Shown piece after piece: positions 60,264 through 64,000 of a DNA stretch of 64,000 nt. The DNA comes from Kiritimatiellia bacterium. GTDB taxonomy: Bacteria > Verrucomicrobiota > Kiritimatiellia > JAAZAB01. A program made the position numbers and the translations under genes. The notes under the pieces are model-generated. The model saw nothing but the letters and a program-made list of their open reading frames with translations, searched no databases and was not told the DNA's origin. Location of the stretch: NCBI GenBank assembly GCA_040767085.1, contig JAXGPF010000004.1, forward strand, positions 32,001 to 96,000, given 5' to 3'. Each line of letters opens with the position of its first letter. The first letter of the stretch is position 1.

Positions 60264-60495
60264 ATGTTCGGCCAAAACCCGCCGAATTCCGGATATGATT
60301 CCAGACCGGGCCGGGCATTGCAAGCAAAAACTTCCCTCGTTTTGAATTTCACTCGCGCGGTGGAACCAACCTGCGCGCATTTTCGCATAAAATATTTTTT
60401 TGTAAATATCTGTTCGTAACAAGTCAAGTGTCCGCTTTTTGTAACAAGTGATCTGTCCGATTTGTTATTGTGTGTTGTTGCTCCTGGGGTGAGGA

Positions 60496-60521
60496 TTTTC
60501 CTCCCCCGCGGGGGAGGAAAA
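60496..60521 (-). terminator. Hairpin just downstream of the transposase stop (likely terminator)
   Basis: Perfect 26-bp palindrome TTTTCCTCCCCCGCGGGGGAGGAAAA. Confidence 0.6.
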
Positions 60522-60524
60522 AGT

Positions 60525-61709
60525 TTATGCGACGTCCTCCAGCGACGCCGAAATGTTCAACGGTCCTTGGTAGCGGCCAACCACATGCGGGCCATAACGG
60601 ATGGACACCGTGCCATCGAGGTGCTCGCAGACTTTAACCCGGCACTTGGCGAAGCTGAAACGCCATTTTGATGGTCCAATCTGCAAGCGGCGACTCCCGA
60701 CAGCCACGGTATTGTCATTTTGAACCTCTCGCGCATGCTGCACACAGAAAATGCTGTCCAAATCCTGCTCACCGCAAGGCACGAAACACGTTCCTGTTTC
60801 CCGCGCCTTCACCTTCATGTTGCGATTGAAGGAAGGCAGAAACTGTTGTTGAATATAGACGTTGGCCTCGGCCATCGTCCGGATTCCCGCCTGCCTTAAT
60901 TCCTGCGGCAGGCGCCCTTGCCAGGTCTTAAACATCCGCTCTATTCGCCCACGTCCCTGGGGGCTATAGCTCGGAATATGTTCGATCCCCAACTGTTGCA
61001 ACGCCCGTCCAATTTGCGTCAATTGACGCCGGTCCACCGCCCCGCCTTCTTTGGGCGTATAAAAGAAATGACTGCCACGATCCGTGTACAGACTGCAGAA
61101 AACCCCATGTTTAATAATGACTTCTTTCAACCCCTTCATCACCGTTAATGTCCCTTCCTGGGGCACAAGATAGGCCGTGTAGACTTCGCTGGTGGCATCG
61201 TCCATCACCAGGATCAGATCCTGCTTCTGGCCCGCCAGCAGGGGCAACCAGGCATGGGTGCTGCCATCCACCATCAACATCATCCCCGCCATTGGTCGCC
61301 GTTCCCGCTGCTGCCGATGCGGCCCTCGTTTCCGGGCCTTCGCCACCAACCCGGCCGTCTGCAAGGCGCTCTTGACCCACTGATAACTGAGCTCGATCCC
61401 ATGCTCCGCCTGCAGCTTCTCGTGAAAATGCCTCACATTGAAATCCATGTATTCTTCTCGGTACAACCTCAGCACCTGCTTCACCGTCGCAAGGGGCACG
61501 CGCCGCGGCCCCGGTATCTTCCGCCGACGATCCAGCAGCCCGTCGTAACCATACCGCTCGTAGCGCCCTTTCCAGCGCCGCATGGTCCGGTAGCTCACAC
61601 CTAGTATCTCCGCCGCCTCCCACCACATTAACCGCCCTTCAATCGCACGCAAGATCACTTCCTGTACCTTCATTGCCCGCTCCAGTGCTGCCTTCGGATA
61701 TTCATCCAT
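60525..61709 (-). CDS. DDE transposase (IS1202/ISNCY, IS481-related fold)
   Basis: N-terminal HTH (EAAEILGVSYRTMRRWK), MVDGSTHAW, YTDRGSHF, SPQGRGRIERMFKTWQGRL. Confidence 0.93.
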   Translation of the reverse strand: MDEYPKAALERAMKVQEVILRAIEGRLMWWEAAEILGVSYRTMRRWKGRYERYGYDGLLDRRRKIPGPRRVPLATVKQVLRLYREEYMDFNVRHFHEKLQAEHGIELSYQWVKSALQTAGLVAKARKRGPHRQQRERRPMAGMMLMVDGSTHAWLPLLAGQKQDLILVMDDATSEVYTAYLVPQEGTLTVMKGLKEVIIKHGVFCSLYTDRGSHFFYTPKEGGAVDRRQLTQIGRALQQLGIEHIPSYSPQGRGRIERMFKTWQGRLPQELRQAGIRTMAEANVYIQQQFLPSFNRNMKVKARETGTCFVPCGEQDLDSIFCVQHAREVQNDNTVAVGSRRLQIGPSKWRFSFAKCRVKVCEHLDGTVSIRYGPHVVGRYQGPLNISASLEDVA

Positions 61710-61811
61710 ATAACCCCCCTTTGAATGCACCATCCTGACAGCTTTAAGCGGACAAATCATTTGTTAATTATGCGGCCAAGTCATTTGTTTACGACATTTT
61801 TTGTAAATATC

Positions 61812-61840
61812 TTGACTCTTCCATCGCCCGCCGTTATCCT
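61812..61840 (+). promoter_or_regulatory. Putative pckG promoter
   Basis: TTGACT-17 nt-TATCCT immediately after the IS target duplication. Confidence 0.55.
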
Positions 61841-61918
61841 CTCGCCCCTTAACGCGGACACATTGTCCCGTACCGGCGGCGCCACCGCCCCGGTTGAGCG
61901 GAATCAGCGGGGAAAACC

Positions 61919-63733
61919 ATGACAGCAGCGCCGACCAAAAACACAAACCTTATCCAATGGGTGCGCGCCGCGACGGAACTCTGCCAGCCCGACAAGGTGC
62001 ATTGGTGCACCGGCACGGACACAGAATACCACGCGCTTTGCGATCAAATGACCGCGTCCGGCTCTTTCATCAAGCTCAATCCTGCCAAACGCCCGGGATG
62101 TTACCTTGCGCGTTCGCATCCCAGCGACGTGGCGCGCGTGGAAGACCGCACGTTCATCTGCACGCCCTCCCGCGGCGATGCCGGTTCGAACAACCACTGG
62201 GCCGACCCGGACGCCATGCGGAGCAAGCGGAATGAATTGTTTCAAGGCTGCATGCGCGGCCGCACCCTCTACGTGATTCCCTTTTCCATGGGGCCCCTGG
62301 GCGCGCCGCTGGCCAAGATCGGCGTTGAAATAACCGATTCGCCTTACGTCGTATGCAACATGCGCATCATGACCCGCATGGGGCAAGCCGTCCTGAACGA
62401 ACTCGGCGATGACGGCCGTTTCATTCCCTGCCTGCATTCCGTGGGCGCGCCGCTGGCCCCGGGCCAGGCGGACGATCCCTGGCCCTGCGAACCCGATCCG
62501 GCCAAAAAATACATCGTGCATATGCAGGATGAACCGTCCATCTGGTCTTACGGATCCGGATACGGCGGCAACGCCCTGCTGGGCAAAAAATGCCTGGCCT
62601 TGCGGCTGGCATCGTATATCGCCCGCCGTGAAGGCTGGCTGGCCGAACACATGCTGATTCTCGCGATTACTTCGCCGCAAGGGCGGAAATATTACATCGC
62701 CTCCGCTTTTCCCAGCGCCTGCGGCAAAACCAACCTGGCCATGATGCAGCCGACCCTGCCCGGCTGGAAAGTCCGTTGCCTGGGCGACGATATCGCCTGG
62801 ATGCGCATTGGCTCCGATGGCCGCTTGTACGCCATCAATCCGGAATACGGCTTTTTCGGCGTGGCCTCCGGCACTTCCGACCAATCCAACCCCAATGCCA
62901 TACAGACCATCCAGCGCAACACGATTTTTACCAATGTCGCGCTGACCACCGATCGCGATGTATGGTGGGAAGATATGACGGCAACACCGCCCCACCACCT
63001 GACAGACTGGGAAGGACGCCCCTGGACCCCCGGTTGCGGCCGCAAGGCCGCCCACCCCAATTCCCGCTTCACCGCCCCGGCTTATCAATGCCCGTCAATT
63101 GATCCCGAATGGGAAAACCCGGCCGGTGTGCCAATTTCCGCCATTCTTTTCGGCGGGCGCCGGCCTTCCACCATCCCGCTGGTCGCGGAAGCGGTTGACT
63201 GGGAACAAGGCGTCTTCATGGGATCCTCCGCCGGCTCGGAGACCACATCGGCTGCCCTGGGAAAAGCTGGCGTCCTGCGCCGCGATCCATTCGCCATGCT
63301 GCCCTTCTGCGGCTATCACATGGGCGATTACCTGGCCTACTGGCTGTCAATCCCGCAGCGCGCCAACCGGCGCAAATTGCCGATGATTTACTTCGTCAAC
63401 TGGTTCCGCAAATCATCCGACGGCCAATGGCTCTGGCCGGGATACGGAGAAAACAGCCGGGTGCTGAAATGGATTTGCCAACGCGTGGATGGGACAGCCG
63501 CCGCCGTCAGCACGCCCATCGGCAACCTGCCGGCGCCGGACGCCCTGGATCTCAACGGATTGAGCCTGCCGCCCGACCACCTGCGCCAACTGCTGGAAGT
63601 GGACCGGGACGCCTGGCGGCACGAAACCGACGATATTGAGGCCTACTACCAGACGCTTGGCGAGCGGCTGCCGCCGGCTTTGTGGGAACAATTGCAGAAA
63701 TTGCGCCAACGCCTGGCCGCCAGCCAGGTTTGA
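61919..63733 (+). CDS. pckG: Phosphoenolpyruvate carboxykinase (GTP)
   Basis: [57 protein letters not shown]. Confidence 0.97.
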   Translation: MTAAPTKNTNLIQWVRAATELCQPDKVHWCTGTDTEYHALCDQMTASGSFIKLNPAKRPGCYLARSHPSDVARVEDRTFICTPSRGDAGSNNHWADPDAMRSKRNELFQGCMRGRTLYVIPFSMGPLGAPLAKIGVEITDSPYVVCNMRIMTRMGQAVLNELGDDGRFIPCLHSVGAPLAPGQADDPWPCEPDPAKKYIVHMQDEPSIWSYGSGYGGNALLGKKCLALRLASYIARREGWLAEHMLILAITSPQGRKYYIASAFPSACGKTNLAMMQPTLPGWKVRCLGDDIAWMRIGSDGRLYAINPEYGFFGVASGTSDQSNPNAIQTIQRNTIFTNVALTTDRDVWWEDMTATPPHHLTDWEGRPWTPGCGRKAAHPNSRFTAPAYQCPSIDPEWENPAGVPISAILFGGRRPSTIPLVAEAVDWEQGVFMGSSAGSETTSAALGKAGVLRRDPFAMLPFCGYHMGDYLAYWLSIPQRANRRKLPMIYFVNWFRKSSDGQWLWPGYGENSRVLKWICQRVDGTAAAVSTPIGNLPAPDALDLNGLSLPPDHLRQLLEVDRDAWRHETDDIEAYYQTLGERLPPALWEQLQKLRQRLAASQV

Positions 63734-63739
63734 GCGGTT

Positions 63740-64000
63740 TTAACCGGCCGGGCGCCAGGCCTGCACATTCAACTGCAAGATGGTGCGGTCCTGCCAGGTA
63801 TTCTCCTGCAACTGGAAGGCCAGGTCAAAGGCGCCGGGCGGCGGCGGATCGCCAGCGCGGCCGAAGGCAATCGCCTCGTAACGCAACCGGCCGTCGGTAA
63901 CCTTTAATTTTAAATGTTTGCGGCCGACAATCCGCGGCGCTTCCGCGACACGCAACCCGCGCGCCGCCAATACCGGCGCGGGATGGCTCTGGCCGAAGGG
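63740..64000 (-). CDS. recJ: C-terminal part of ssDNA exonuclease RecJ (5' part beyond the window)
   Basis: PFGQSHPAPV..IVGRKHLKL..AIAFG..DLAFQLQENTWQ..LQLNV, typical RecJ OB-fold tail. Confidence 0.75.
   Translation of the reverse strand, partial: PFGQSHPAPVLAARGLRVAEAPRIVGRKHLKLKVTDGRLRYEAIAFGRAGDPPPPGAFDLAFQLQENTWQDRTILQLNVQAWRPAG

Larger units (their letters stand above)
60411..61796 (-). mobile_element. Complete insertion sequence, IS1202-like (formerly ISNCY), 1386 bp, 15-bp target site duplication
   Basis: TGT...ACA ends; imperfect IRs with two internal AACAA..TG(T/G)CCG repeats per end; TTTTTTGTAAATATC duplicated at 60396-60410 and 61797-61811. Confidence 0.88.

Overview
High-GC bacterial chromosomal window; gene content is most consistent with an anaerobic PVC-superphylum organism such as Kiritimatiellae/Lentisphaerae (inference). 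From left to right: (1) an uncharacterised minus-strand operon of ABC ATPase, PqqD/RRE-like protein, a 1669-aa PA/M28-like + double FtsX permease fusion and an OPT-like transporter running off the left edge; (2) archaeal-type aroA'/aroB'; (3) GspE/PilB ATPase, a YfhO-like half protein, a DUF2961/GH172 protein and an NhaP antiporter; (4) tRNA-Val, then a sensor kinase + multimeric [FeFe]-hydrogenase + two receiver-only proteins; (5) an ~18-kb ArsR-controlled metal(loid)/thiol-redox region (RND pump, thioredoxins, CcdA, CDFs, arsC, acr3) with the mercury-methylation genes hgcAB inside an ArsR operon; (6) purC, tRNA-His, orphan parB; (7) a sugar-catabolism cluster interrupted by a four-helix-bundle gene enclosed by inverted octamer-repeat arms, the left arm amplified as 5 x 64-65 bp; (8) tRNA-Tyr, a complete IS1202-like element with a 15-bp target duplication, pckG and the 3' end of recJ. 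All family calls come from motif recognition by eye; no database searches were run.
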